Assembly: GCF_006345805.1 (NCBI RefSeq)
Contig: NC_042998.1
Span: 199,392,001-199,456,000 of the forward strand
DNA length: 64,000 nucleotides
Direction: 5' to 3'
From: Octopus sinensis
Taxonomy: Eukaryota
The position numbers and the translations under genes were made by a program. The notes under the pieces were generated by a model that made no database searches, was not told the origin of the DNA, and worked only from the letters and a program-made list of their open reading frames with translations. Below, piece by piece: positions 51,085 through 64,000 of this stretch (positions are counted from its first letter, which is position 1; every line of letters begins with the position of its first letter).

Positions 51085-51395
51085 CACCGTGATCATCGTG
51101 ACCGACCAGGCTATCAGATGTTGCTACATATCGCTGGTCACAATGCGCTTCATATTATTTTAACCTTCAAATGACGCCACCCCGTTGGCTAAGCGAGCCG
51201 GCCAACAGAAGAAAGAGTGAGAGAAAGTTGTGGCGAAAGAGTACAGCAGGGATCGCCACCAACCCCTACTGGAGAATCGTGGAGCTTTAGGTGTTTTCGT
51301 TCAATAAACACTCAGAACGCTCGGTCTGGGAATCAAAGCCGCGATCCTACGACCGCGAGTCCGCTGCCCTAAGCACTGGGCCTTTGCGCCTCCAC
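51085..51395 (-). mobile_element. SINE-F, tail variant 4
   Basis: Homologous to 42548-42829. Confidence 0.85.
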
Positions 51396-51624
51396 ACACT
51401 CACATATATATATATGAATATACAAACATAGTAATAATATAAATAAAGTATAGGATTACAAATAAAAAGCTTTTGAAAAAAAGGATTAAGAATATAGAGA
51501 AGAGCCCATTTCCTCCACCAGGTGGACGTTGCCTGTACGTGTGTTTAGTATACATTACTACATCATCTCTTCGTGAGATTTTATAACTAGCTATATATAT
51601 ATATATATATTATATATATATATG

Positions 51625-51819
51625 ACCGCGTGTGTATCGTTGGGGATTTTTTTCCACCGCCTTCCCTTCCTTGGATATTTCCTTTTTCTTTGTTTCTGAT
51701 GAAGAGCTTCGCTCAAAACGTTAAATCCTTCTTTCTTTCCTTCATGAGGGCCCAATAACACTACACTTGTTCCACGTCCTCGCGTTATTGTGTTTTCTCT
51801 TTGTGTTTTCATGTTTGGG

Positions 51820-51822
<3 letters not shown>
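51625..51822 (+). mobile_element. HHR element between (TA)n runs; HHR at 51692-51726
   Basis: GTTT-CTGATGA-A-GAGC-TTC-GCTC-AAAAC-GTT-AAAT (G12 changed to A). Confidence 0.65.
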
Positions 51823-51861
<39 letters not shown>

Positions 51862-53354
51862 GTACATATATATACAGTGGTAGAGAGAGGGAGAGAGATT
51901 AGAGAGATAGATAGATATATACATACATACATGCACAAGCACATATATACATACACATATATATGTGTGTGTATATATACATACTTATATACATACACAC
52001 ACAAACACACATACACACGTATATACATTACATTTACGTGCACACACACATATACATGTAAATGTGAATATAAAAATGTATTCTTATAAGCATACTCACA
52101 CTTATAGTAACAGCAACTATTTATATCGCCTCTGTAAAAATTAAGATTCTGAAAAATATCAGTACAGGTATGGAAATACTGAATTTCTACAGAGTTAGCA
52201 TATGTTACTCTATGAATCCATGAATATATAAATATGTAAATAAGTAAATAAACAAATGAAAAATGCAGTGAACGGTTAAAAAATTTAAAAACCGTTGATA
52301 ATGGCATTTTGAAGTAAATGTCAATTTTTTTTTACCCCATATAAAATAAAACTGAAATTTGTTTTATCATAAAAGCAATTTCCCTCCATCCAGAAGTTGA
52401 GGCTGTCACAACATAGTACTTTTGAATTTAAATACAAACCGTAAAAAAACATGTTTTAACAATGAAAACAGAAATATTTTCAATGATTCTTTATTTGTCG
52501 CGATGTGTGTACATATATATAAACACATTCGCACAATCGTCCACAGACACAAACTCACACACACTCACACACACACACACACACACACATACACACACAC
52601 ACATACACACACACACACACACAGAGGCGATCGCACACACAGACTGTTATACACGATAAAGAGTGACTGACAAGAGAAGAGAACTTCTGCAAGAGCAGTT
52701 TCTCTCTTTCTAAACACCTTTAACCAGGTTAATTTCTGTTTGGTCTGTTTTCCTTTTTCCTACCCTCGACGAATTTGCACCATTTTTTTTTTATCTATTT
52801 GCCTCATTCTCGATATCTTAGCTTTGAAAAAATTTGCTAAGAGTCTCTAAATGATCCTATACACTTTTACATTTTGCTTCTTTTCTGGTCCTAGTGGTAC
52901 TGAGAATTTGAAGACTCCACTTACATCTCACCTTCACCAGAACTGTGGCCTCTCACGTTCTCGACCTCCGTTAGCAACAACAATAGATTTCCCCTCTTGA
53001 AACAGCTGTTGGCACCGCCTCTGTTACTGCCACCTGTCTTTTTGACTTTTACATTTTGCTTCTTTTTGTTCGAGTAGAAAACAATCACGTGGTATTTGCT
53101 ATCACGTATCGCAAATGTGCTTCACCCCACCAATATCACCAGTTTTGGTTGCTTGCCTATTCGCTTCCCCATCTGTTTATAGTTCCTTCAAAATTTTAGG
53201 TACTTGGGCCCATGGGGAACTGGTTGGTTTTGGAAACCTCAGCTAATCACATGATGCTGTAGGTCCCCTTCAAGTTTCCGCCCCGCCCGTATTGTGTCAC
53301 AAATCTATCTATAAAATATACAGATCAGCATAATTGCCTCCCTCTCTCTCAGGT

Positions 53355-53385
<31 letters not shown>

Positions 53386-53399
53386 CATATATATATATA

Positions 53400-53419
53400 T
53401 AATTTGTGAAATCACAAAG

Positions 53420-53454
<35 letters not shown>

Positions 53455-53479
53455 TATATAATATAATTTCTGAAATCAC

Positions 53480-53510
<31 letters not shown>

Positions 53511-53568
53511 AATTCTGAAATCACAAAGTATATATATATATATATATAATTTCTGAAATCACAAAGTA
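53400..53568 (+). repeat. Four copies of AATT(T)CTGAAATCACAAAGTA separated by variable (TA)n
   Basis: Units at about 53400, 53464, 53510 and 53547. Confidence 0.9.
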
Positions 53569-54019
53569 TATAAGTATATATATAATCTAGGGACAATATC
53601 TTTTTTACTTTCTGATTTCAGAATTTCGGTGAGCGTGCTTACTGATTTTGACACTGTGGTCTTCATCTCGTATCTGTACTACAGAACTGTCGATTATGGA
53701 TCAAGAGTAGATATTAAAAATTGTTACGTACAAAATGTCATACATAGTTAAAAGCAATTTTTAAACAATCTTTTTTTCCTCCACTCTAGATAACTGCGTG
53801 CGTTGCGTAAATATTCCGAAACACTTTGGTAGCAAAATATTTTTTCATGAAGGAAAGCTTCGAGAAAATGTTTTCTAAGAAAACATTTTCTGCGAAACAT
53901 CTTCGTTAACAGCAAACAAGAGCACCAGTAACAAAAAAAACACAACAAAAACAACAATAAAAATAACAATAAAAGTAGCAATAATAATAGTAACAGCAGT
54001 AATAATAAAAATAGTAACA

Positions 54020-54079
54020 GTAGTAGTAGTAGTAGTAATAATAATAATAATAATAATCATAATAATAATAATAATAATA

Positions 54080-54165
<86 letters not shown>

Positions 54166-54232
54166 CATAATAATAATAATAATGATAACTTCACTTCGGT
54201 AGTGAAGTGGAAGCATGATATAAAAAAATCTA

Positions 54233-54305
<73 letters not shown>
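54020..54305 (+). repeat. Compound (TAG)/(TAA)/(TGA)n microsatellite
   Basis: Directly visible. Confidence 0.95.
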
Positions 54306-54309
<4 letters not shown>

Positions 54310-54834
54310 TAATAGCAAAATATATCGATAATATAACGATAGCAATAAAAACACTAATATTACAATGAATGGTAGGATATTACAATGAATAGATACAAGA
54401 GTAAAGTCCAACCACTATCGATTCACATGAAAAATCTCAGCTAAGAGAGATAACAAAGCATTTAAAATAAAATCATCAATACCAGTAAATAGAGAGCGAA
54501 AATAAATGTAAAAAAAGTTGTGTGTTGGCACGGTTTAAAGGATTGTTACTGCGAGCGAAAGAAGATATTGTCCCTAGATTCCAAGAAATATTGGTTAGTT
54601 TTTGTAGCTTTATATTTCCGGAAAAGAGGCTCAGATTGGATGGAAACGATGTAGAATAGTATAAAAAAAAACAAAAAAAAAAAAAAAAAAAACAAAACAA
54701 CAATGAGTAAAAACTAAAATGAACGAAAATTATACACTCTTTAAGAACAATGTCTATATATATATATATGTACCCACATACACACACACGCGCACACACA
54801 TATATACATGTATGGTTTACCACTCTATCAGTTA

Positions 54835-55230
54835 TGGCGATGAAAGATCCAGCTGGCTCGTGAAATAAACAGATACGCGTGCCCTTAACGTAGTTCTCAG
54901 GTAGATTAAGCTTGATTCAGAATGCGACAAAGCTGTTCCTCCTAATTACAGGTACAATTCATTTTTGCCAGCTAAGTGGAGTAGAGCAACGTGAAATAAA
55001 ATGCTTTGCTTGAGAACACAGAGTGCCACCAGAGATCGAACTCTCGACCTTATATACACCCATGTATATTAAAGAACCCCTACGGTTATGAATGACCGTG
55101 GAATTGCACCAAGAAACTTTCCTTCCGAGGCACGAGTCCTGGAAATGTTGTTTATTAAAGACCAGCAGTCGTCCATGCGTATCAAACTCCCCTCTCCACG
55201 CCACTAATTTCATCCAAGGGAAAGGCAAAA
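54835..55230 (-). mobile_element. SINE-E fragment (54835-55055) and SINE-B fragment (55075-55230)
   Basis: Homology to 32470-32745 and 49730-49885. Confidence 0.65.
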
Positions 55231-55234
55231 CATT

Positions 55235-55911
55235 TTTCATGTTTTCCTGTCTATTTTGATTAGTTCATCCAGTGTCCAGTTAAATATATTGTAGCTGTAA
55301 CATAACTGGGACAGCTAGAGTGTTGATACCTATTATCTTGCTTTTTGCATCGAGATCCATTTTCAGTAATAATCTAAGTAGTCTACAATATTCTTTTTTA
55401 TTTTCTCTTTCATTTGTGTACTGTACCATCTTGTTCATTGATTCTTAAACATGTGTATATTTGGCTTTGGTCTAATTCTCTTATTTCCTTTGCTTTATCT
55501 AGTGTGATGTTGCTACTCTTAACTAGTTTTCCTCTTTTCACGGTTGCTTTGGCACATTATTATAATCCAAATTTCATATTTATTTCTTTGGTAAATGCAT
55601 GTCCTATCTGTAATAATGTATCCAGCTGTTACCTGTAGCTTACAGTTTTCGTTTATCCGCACCCAGTTCCGTTTAGATAAAGGTGTCAGTGCCAAGCAGA
55701 AAAGGAGTGAAGAATGTGTGTCTCCCTGGAAGATTCCTCTTCTAATGGGGATGGCTTTGGTTTTTATGTGTCCCTTTTTTGTTTCGAGCTGTAGCACTGT
55801 CTGCGATTTATTCATTGAGTGTTGTATATATTTTATGATGATTGGTGCTGCCTTGTTCATGGCTAGTGTTTCGAGGATCCACGTGTGGGGAATATTATCA
55901 AAAGCCTTTCC

Positions 55912-55912
<1 letters not shown>
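55235..55912 (-). pseudogene. R4/Dong-clade non-LTR RT fragment
   Basis: KAFDNIPHTWILETL followed by IRRGIFQGDTHSSLLFCLALTPLS. The 5' junction is at (TAA)n. Confidence 0.8.
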
Positions 55913-55985
<73 letters not shown>

Positions 55986-55986
<1 letters not shown>

Positions 55987-56196
55987 TTTATTCATTCTTT
56001 TTATTCTTTTACTTGTTTCAGTAATTTGACTGCGGCCATGCTGGAGCACCGCCTTTAGTCGAGCAAATCGACCCCGGGACTTATTCTTTTTAAGCCCAGT
56101 ACTTATTCTATCGGTCTCTTTTGCTGAACCGCTATGTGACGGGGACGTAAACACACCAGCATCGGTTGTCATGCAATGCTAGGGGGACAAACACAG

Positions 56197-56271
<75 letters not shown>

Positions 56272-56399
56272 TACGACAGGCTTCTTTAAGTTTCCCTCTC
56301 CCAAATCCACTCACAAGGCATTGGTCGGCCCGGGGCTATAGCAGAAGACACTTGCCCAAGATGCCACGCAGTGGGACTGAACCCGGAACTATGTGGTTG

Positions 56400-56400
<1 letters not shown>
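55986..56400 (-). mobile_element. SINE-D, head truncated at (TTA)n
   Basis: Homologous to 44656-45020. Confidence 0.85.
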
Positions 56401-56467
<67 letters not shown>

Positions 56468-57274
56468 CTGTTATGTTAATATCTCAGTCACTTTGGTCAA
56501 CACATTGATGGAATAATGCATTTGCATATTAAACACTGTACTTTTGAAACCCACCCATATCTTATTAATCTCACTAGAATATTGCTAACCTAAAACCATG
56601 AAGTATTATTCTTGATAAAAACAACTAAAACCTCAATGAAAATTTAGAAAAAAAAAGCACGAACACTCATAAACACGCATATACGCACATAGTTCAAACA
56701 TACGCGCATTCATAAATGCATACACACACACACCTATACGTATATACCCATACATATATACTTAGATAAATCAAACGTATATATACATACATTCGAAGGA
56801 TATTACCTGATCACGTTTCCCTAATTGTACCAAAAAAAGTTGTTAGACATTACGTATAATTGGAAGAAAGATAATTATTTAATAATTGGATAATGAGAAA
56901 ACAAACGCCTAAAATAACAAATAAATCCAACAGAAAAAAAGACAGCACAGAAAAAAAAACCAAACATCAGACAAAACGTTGGAACGTTAAAAGAAATGTA
57001 AAACAAATATTTTAAAGCAGAAACTGTTGTACTCAATGTTTTATTGATACCGGTAATTATCCTGCTTAATTATTTTCTTAGCTAATGATATTGTACTATT
57101 AGGATTCTTTTCTTTTGAAGAACTACAAAGTACATATATTTAAAGTTGAATGCAAATAGGAAACTGAGGCGCTCATTCTTTTCTCAGCATATTACCGTGG
57201 CGGTAGTAGTTGGTTCTCTTCTGGAATTTATGTCTTTGCTTTTGTGGTAAGTGTTATGTAGATCCAGAACAAAT

Positions 57275-57790
57275 TCGACTTTAATTCAATTTTTATTGTC
57301 TCAAAAAGCAAAAGCAAGGCCATTTATGAGGACAGGGAGTTATGTACAGGGAGGGTGGTCATACAAAGCGTTCAGGCCATTTCTGGTCAAGAGAGACTTT
57401 GAACCGAGCGGACGTCGGCATCTTCACTATCTCGTCCGGCAGCTTATTCCACGGATCCGCAACCCGGACGGAGAAAGCCCCTCTTCTTCGATTGAGATGA
57501 AATCGTCGTAGATAGAGCTTATCGGAGCGACCCCACAGCCCACGCTCTGGAGCAGGAGTGAAGAACAGCTCTTTCGAGAGGTTACACTTTCCGTTTATGA
57601 TGTTATGAGCGAGAATGAGATCACCACGGCGTCGTCGTTTTTCGAGAGAATAAAGGTTGAGCGTCTTCAGCCTTTCTTCATAAAACAAATCTATGATCAA
57701 ATAAGTCCTACACATCCATTTATCTTCCGGGTATGATATAACGGGGTAATATTTTCGAAAATGTTTCATTGTAAATGAAGGCATTGCGTA
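57275..57790 (-). mobile_element. CR1-type LINE 3' fragment
   Basis: YEERLKTLNLYSLEKRRRRGDLI...FSVRVADPWNKLP, the typical CR1 RT C-terminus. Confidence 0.9.
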
Positions 57791-58544
57791 TAATTTACAG
57801 TGTTCGGTTTCTATTTCTTCATTGTCAGTTTATAGTGAACCGGCGGTTCACTGACTGCATTGTCAGTTTATAGTGAACTCCAGGCCTATTTCGGTATTAT
57901 TAAACCACCACACTGAACTATTCACTATTGTGGCCGAATTTGTGATGGAGCGGGGGCCTCCAGAAGTAGACATATAAACTGTATGTAGATTGGTGGAAAA
58001 AATCTGCATTAGAATATTAGACGATATGAAATAATCAAGCCATTTAAAGTATTTAGAATTTAAAATTCAGTGTGGATGTTCGACAGAAAACTTAGACATA
58101 GTTTGTTACTGCACAACTACATTGAAGTTATGAATTTCAACCATATGCTACCAACTTCAACCATAATTTAGAGAAACGATTGAAGCTGAAAGTCCGAAAA
58201 CACCATTTCTTTGTTTTGCATGAAGATATTATTTTAGTATAAGAATATTTCTTCAGCAAAAGAAAACATTGAGAAAGCGTGAGGGATTTACAGAGAAATC
58301 GTATTCATGCATTAATGTGTTAAAGCGAATCACCGGAGAAACTGGGAACATGTACGCGGCCATATGAGCAAATAGGACGAGCAGGCGTATCTCTCTCAAC
58401 CCACATGCTACTAAGAAAGCTCTAGACTTACTTGATGAAATGGACGGACGGACACACATACAAAAGCACAATTATCTTAATTTCTGTTTACTATCTCAAA
58501 TATAATTATTGCAATTACTATGTTTCTATGTCCATGATTTTTTC

Positions 58545-58848
58545 ACCACTGAAAAGAGGACCGGATGCTCACCGAGAAGCAACACCTATCACAACAGGTA
58601 TTGTTCTAGTTTTCAGGTTCCACATCTTGCTAATTTCTATTTCAAGATCTTTATACTTGCTCTGTTTTTGGTAGGTCATGACAGATATGTTTATATCGAT
58701 TGAAACAGTCATATCAATGAGGGGGCATGATTTTTGTTTGTAGTCTGGCCTATTTGCATCTATCTTTCTGTCAGTTTGAATGGTGAAGTTCCAGAGGAGT
58801 GAGATGTGATCATTTTCAAGCACTGGGAGTGGTTTGTGTTCCTACCAG
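58545..58848 (-). pseudogene. R4/Dong-clade restriction-like endonuclease fragment
   Basis: LWNFTIQTDRKIDANRPD...IDM...KYKDLEIEISKMW motif. Confidence 0.8.
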
Positions 58849-58950
58849 TTTCTTCTTCTTCTTCTTCTTCTTCTTCTTCTTCTTCTTCTTCTTCTTCTTC
58901 TTCTTCTTCTTCTTCTTCTTCTTCTTCTTCTTCTTCTTCTTCTTCTTCTT

Positions 58951-58981
<31 letters not shown>

Positions 58982-58998
58982 TTATTATTATTATTATC
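58849..58998 (+). repeat. (TTC)n then (TTA)n microsatellite
   Basis: Directly visible. Confidence 0.95.
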
Positions 58999-59106
58999 AC
59001 CAATGAAATTAAAACGCTTAGTTTTCTTTGATTTTGTACGTACTTGTGGTGTGTGTCACATTTCAAGCGAAGAGGTAAAAAGGTTGTAGGGAGAGGTACA
59101 AAGAGA

Positions 59107-59144
<38 letters not shown>

Positions 59145-60259
59145 AGTACAAAACAAGAGACATGAAGGACAGAAAGGGAGTGAGAGAGAAAGAGTGACTG
59201 AGAGAGAGAGTGAGTGGTGACTGAACTGTTTATCAGTATTTTCAGAGTAGACTGATACATATATCGAGAGAAAAGTAGATATATAGATCGAAAGAAAAGT
59301 AGATACATAGACACATTGGTAAATCAAAGACAAATAACTACAGCAAATATTGGATGTTACTTTCACTTTTCATTACCACACGAGGATAAAATTAACGCGC
59401 AAGTGGCTGAGTACTCTCTCTCTTATATATACACTCTCTCTCCCTCTGTCTTTCAGAAAATACCTGTGGATATTACTGTTACTTTTCTACACTTGAAGAG
59501 AGAGGAAGAAATAAAAGGTGTTAAGCAGAGGAGATATACTCGAAGTGAGCGGTAAGCCGAGAGAGAGAGAAAGAGAGAGAGATAGAGTCGGGACAGAGTG
59601 GTTGTGAAACAGAGAGTGAGTGGTGACTGAAAGGAAGGTGGCATTTGTTTTGTGTCTATAAATCTTTATCAGTATTTTCAGAGTAGAAATATAAGCACAG
59701 CAAGTATTGGATGTTACTTTTATTTTCCTACAATATAATTAATTACCGTATCCTATATATTAGGTCCACAGCCAATAATGGATATTCCTCTAAGTGTCAC
59801 AATATAGAAACATTTCTCATGGCACCAGCACCCAATTTACAGATGCTTGCATTTTTATGTTTTCCGTGAATTTTCAGGGGTCCAGTAAGTTATTATTATT
59901 ATTTTTCCTTCTTTCTCCAAATTTTCTTCCGTTTCTCGTCGAGTGTTTTCCGTACAACTAGGACAAAGAAGCTCATTGTATGCATTCCCAGATTACACAC
60001 GCAAATTCACTTGTAAAATATGTATTTAAAAATAAATAAATAAATTCATGAATGGATGTTGTTTTCACAGCGATAATGCTCTTCTCAGTACATGAGCCGT
60101 TCCAGTTAATATGATTTTTTGCACTTCCTGTAGGGATGGTAAGCCTGGTATCATTTTTTAATAGGTTTCAGTACCTTTTATTTTTATCATTCCTAGAGAT
60201 CCTACAATCACTGGTACTGTCACTACAATCACTGGTACTTGAGATGCTATATTTTTCAA

Positions 60260-60320
<61 letters not shown>

Positions 60321-61153
60321 CATTATTATTATTAATGACATTGAGGTGTGAAATAAAGTGAGTGTGTTAATGGTAAAAATTACACTCCTAATATAATAAC
60401 ATCTGTTTGAAGGTACAATCTCATATCTTCGAAGTAAATAAAAAACGATATTTACGTGTGTATGTATGTGTCTATATATACATATATATACTTGTGTGTG
60501 TGAGTGTGTGTGTGTATGTGTGTGTCTGTGTATGTCTATTATATATATACTGTTTTCATGAAATATTCACTTTAGGTGGTAGTAAAGAGAATTCCCTTTA
60601 TATTGAAATGTTCATGGTTTAATACAAGATTTATTGATATTTTCTTTGTTTTATGTTACTTTCATGGAAAATTTAAATCAATGATATAGCATTTCTCAAT
60701 CGATTTCAAGGATTTACCAGATACAGTTCAGGTTAACGACAGAAAAGTGGTGGGTCATATACGATTTAACAGTCCGTTAGTGCTGATAAATACGTAAGCG
60801 CTATATCAGAGGAATGTGACCAGACCTTTGTGCTTCTTCATAATTGATGTCTTTGAAAATATATGCTTTCCATAGAAATATACTGACGTTTAAATGAAAG
60901 AGAGAATTCTAAAAGCGTTCCCATCTGGAGGTGAGAAGCCATGGCTTCTGCCATATTACGGTTGGGCGTTTAAATTGGTTATAAATTCGGGCATAAAGAT
61001 CAGACGTAGTGTTACCCAAACGGTGAAATTCAGCAGTGAAAATTAATGTAGCATCCATGAAGTACGCTGTGTGCTTGAAAATTGCATTGAAAGCTATGTG
61101 TTTATATTTTCCATTGAATGCTATGTCCCTTGGTTTCGTATGTTAGTGAATAT

Positions 61154-61388
61154 TTTTTTTTACTACCAACAAGGGGCTAAACACAGAGAGGACAAACAAG
61201 GACAGACAAAGGGATTAAGTCGTTTACATCGACCCCAGTGCGTAACTGGTACTTAATTTATCGACTCCAAAAGGATGAAAGGCAAAGTCGACCTCGGCGG
61301 AATTTGAACTCAGAGCGTAGCGGCAGATGAAATGCGGCTACGCATTTCGCCCGGCGTGTTAACGTTTCTGCCAGCTCGCCGCCTTAAA
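61154..61388 (-). mobile_element. SINE-A, full length
   Basis: 12-bp TSD GTTAGTGAATAT at 61142-61153 and 61389-61400. Confidence 0.9.
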
Positions 61389-62399
61389 GTTAGTGAATAT
61401 GAGAGATTTTTTGGCGTATGGGAAAATAATAATACTGATGGATGGTGATGATGATTGATCTGCCCTAATGTTTTTTCACGTAAGAAAACCGGGTATATTA
61501 AAATCCCTCATATGTGTCATTTTTCTAGGGATTACACCGAAATAGCCGGTTTGAGGCCGAGATGCTGAGGTTGGCAAAATCATACGAGAAACTCTTATTT
61601 TGCTGTAACCACTATTGGCAGCATTATCTCTTTCAGATCATACGGAAAACCATCTTCTATCTGTTTCTGTGTCTACGCTTTGTACAATGTAAGGTAGTAG
61701 TTCCTTATTTTTTTCTTCAAAACTAGCACAAAGCTGAATGCGCGTGCAATTTGCTGTTGTTTTGGGTAGAACTGAATGTTTAGTTGTTTTTATTGTCCTT
61801 GTTTTCCTTCTAGTTGGTGTTGGACTTGAGTTTCCTGACTTTTGTATGTTCGTTGTTGCTTCATTTGTGTGATTCTATTTGTTACTGTTAGTGGAGACGA
61901 TAGGAGTGGAGGTGTATTTGTCGTTGTAAATTTAGTATCGTTTAAGGTTGATGTGATGTTTGTTGTGTTTTGTTCTTTTTCCTTTTGATATTTTAAAATT
62001 TTCTTTTGCTTTTCTGGGTGAGACTTTTCGTAACCAGAGTTATGATCAGTAGGCTCCGAGTCGGACAGGTGTATGAGTATGCTTCCTTGAGTGCATATGT
62101 CTGTGTTGGTACCTGTAAAGCGTGAAGGAATTTGGATTGAAAGAGGGGAAAAAAGCTGCTCGTTTGTTTTTAATTTTCTTAAATCGTACAGTATCTTCTA
62201 ATTTCACCGCTTATCTTCTAGCGAGAGGCCCCAAATTTCTTCTTCGGGAGAATACGCCCGCATAGGAAGCTTTCCAATTGTAGCTGATGGTGGTATTACT
62301 GGCTTGTGTTCTGCCGCGGTTATGGCTTCGTCACTACTATCGCTATTGTTGTGACTGAATACATCGACGACAGACTTTCTGGTTTACAAGAACCTTCAA

Positions 62400-63010
62400 G
62401 TAGGTCCAGTGGAACTTCACAGATGGAAGATCATTTCTATCAACAAGAACATGGGCACCGTCTCCGGTCAATACGTGCACGCTGAGCGTAGTTCTATTCA
62501 TTCTAGCAATTTTCGCGACACTCAACTGCTTTTTAAAAAATTCATAGGAGGAAATCCCTACCTTCTATTTTTTTTCCATTGATAGGAAAAAGTGCCACAG
62601 CTTTCAGCACAAAGTCTCTGACCCTACAGTCATCAAACAGATGCAAATTGCCTACTCAGCACTATAAAAGGATGGTGGTGAGAGTCGATCTTTATAATGG
62701 ACTCGGTCGACAGCCGGATCCGCCCTAAACTCGATAATACCTGTCAACATAACTTCTTGGTAGCAGAACTCCAGTACAGTGCGATTGCGTACAATACGGT
62801 CTCGCTGCTCTGACTGCATTTCGGAAAGTCCTTGATGGTACTTCTCTGCCTATATTTTTCATCTCGAACTGTTCGTGCGACTCGGTGGGTAAAGGATTTC
62901 TTGAAGCTATTCATACTTATCTCCGGCTCAAAAGTCATTCTCGAACACGAACAGATATGCTAGTTCGTTGTCGTCGATACCTCGAGTTTCCCCAAAGACA
63001 CCATAACACT
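62400..63010 (-). pseudogene. Older Tx1-clade LINE 3' relic, related to 34351-35552
   Basis: Translations LGIDDNELAYLF..MTFEP..MNSFKKS..VRDEKYR..PKCSQSSETV and SSYEFFKKQLSVAKIARMNRTTLSV align with LGVDEEYLTRLFKTTFKP... and SSECFNKRRVNVAKMADVNDGATLS. Confidence 0.7.
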
Positions 63011-63375
63011 TATTCTGTAGTATTATGGCACCACTGTAGTGGAACTTACACTGGTGGCATCACTCGACTGATAGAGGGCGGTGAACGCTTGATGACATAT
63101 AAAATGCCTAATTCCTTATTTTTACTGCAACCAGTCTCTTCCAAATATATAATAAAAAACAACATATAACGGATTACATAATGTATGGGGATAGACCGAA
63201 AAGTTATATGATTACGAGGTGGGAAATGAAGATACAGTATATGTGAGCCATGTTAAAAGAGTTGTTAGAGCACATTTTGTAATTTAGCTTTTCATCCTTA
63301 AACCTTTCTCACCATAATACAAAACACTTTCGGGCAACGTATTTGTTACGTTCAAGATTTATTTCTTTATTTCTG

Positions 63376-63776
63376 ACTAGCAGTATCGCCCGGCGTTGCT
63401 CGGGTTTGTAAGGGAAATAACAATATAATCATTTTCAGAGATGTAAAGTATAATAGCCATCTCAATATGGCTAACCACAAAGGGGGGGGGGTGTTACAGT
63501 AGCTTTTTACGTTCTGAGATTTAATAATAAATTTTTAGAGAGTTACTTCCCTTATATATGCCAAAAATGCATTAAAAATGGGAAAAATTGATGGTAATTG
63601 TTTTTTTAAATCGTAGACTCATTGTAGACGCGCGCTAATACCCAGAAGGGCTCGATATGAATCACGACTATAAGATACCCGGTTAAACTGGTTAAACTGA
63701 ACCGCAAAATGTGGGAGTAGTTAGGAATCTAAATCGTAAGAGACAGACACACAACTTCACTTTTATATATAAAGAT
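63376..63776 (+). mobile_element. Helitron-like (Lep1-type architecture) non-autonomous element
   Basis: ACTAGCAGTATCGCCCGGCGTTGCTCGGG start and ...CAACTTCACTTTTATATATAAAGAT end. No TSD seen. Confidence 0.55.
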
Positions 63777-64000
63777 TACTCAAGTACTTGAATCTTAACA
63801 TTTGTAATCTTTGCATCAGTGTATTGTTGTAGATTTACCAGCGGTACTTATCATGTGATGGGGAAAGTTATTCTACAAGGAGAGAAAATATATGAATTTA
63901 TTATATTAAAGTTGAAAACAAAGTCAACAGTGATGGTTTAATGATATTAAAGTATTTTATCTCTTCTCTGATATTACAACTACAACAACATATAAAGTTA

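Noticed and set aside
59090-59720. Local ~100-bp duplication among (GA)n tracts
   Set aside because: An ordinary degenerate duplication in low-complexity DNA with no further structure.

Overview
This is an AT-rich, microsatellite-dense animal genomic window made almost entirely of decayed mobile elements. I infer a coleoid cephalopod, probably Octopus, from the SINE repertoire; this was not confirmed by any search. I found no intact protein-coding gene, true tRNA or rRNA gene, or CRISPR array. Most ORFs in the track are translations of (TA)n/(CA)n/(TAA)n/(TTC)n repeats. Identifiable content: several tRNA-derived SINE families (many with target-site duplications, TSDs), DD36E Tc1-like transposons, an internally deleted Tc1, Chapaev/CMC-like transposase relics, Helitron-like non-autonomous elements, and CR1, RTE, Tx1 and R4/Dong LINE fragments. 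The most notable signal is a set of about 15 minimal type-I hammerhead ribozyme (HHR) motifs, intact or decayed, from at least 5-6 sequence families. They sit in short non-coding elements that mostly end in (TA)n. They occur as tail-out inverted pairs (4.4-5.0, 10.6-12.0, 19.7-23.3 and 39.9-40.6 kb) and as circularly permuted, longer-than-unit monomers of about 365 and 437 bp. One family is a tRNA-headed SINE carrying an HHR. Together this looks like a Penelope-dependent retrozyme-like system. Family names below (SINE-A, -B/E, -D, -F, -H) are my own working labels. Most element boundaries are approximate.
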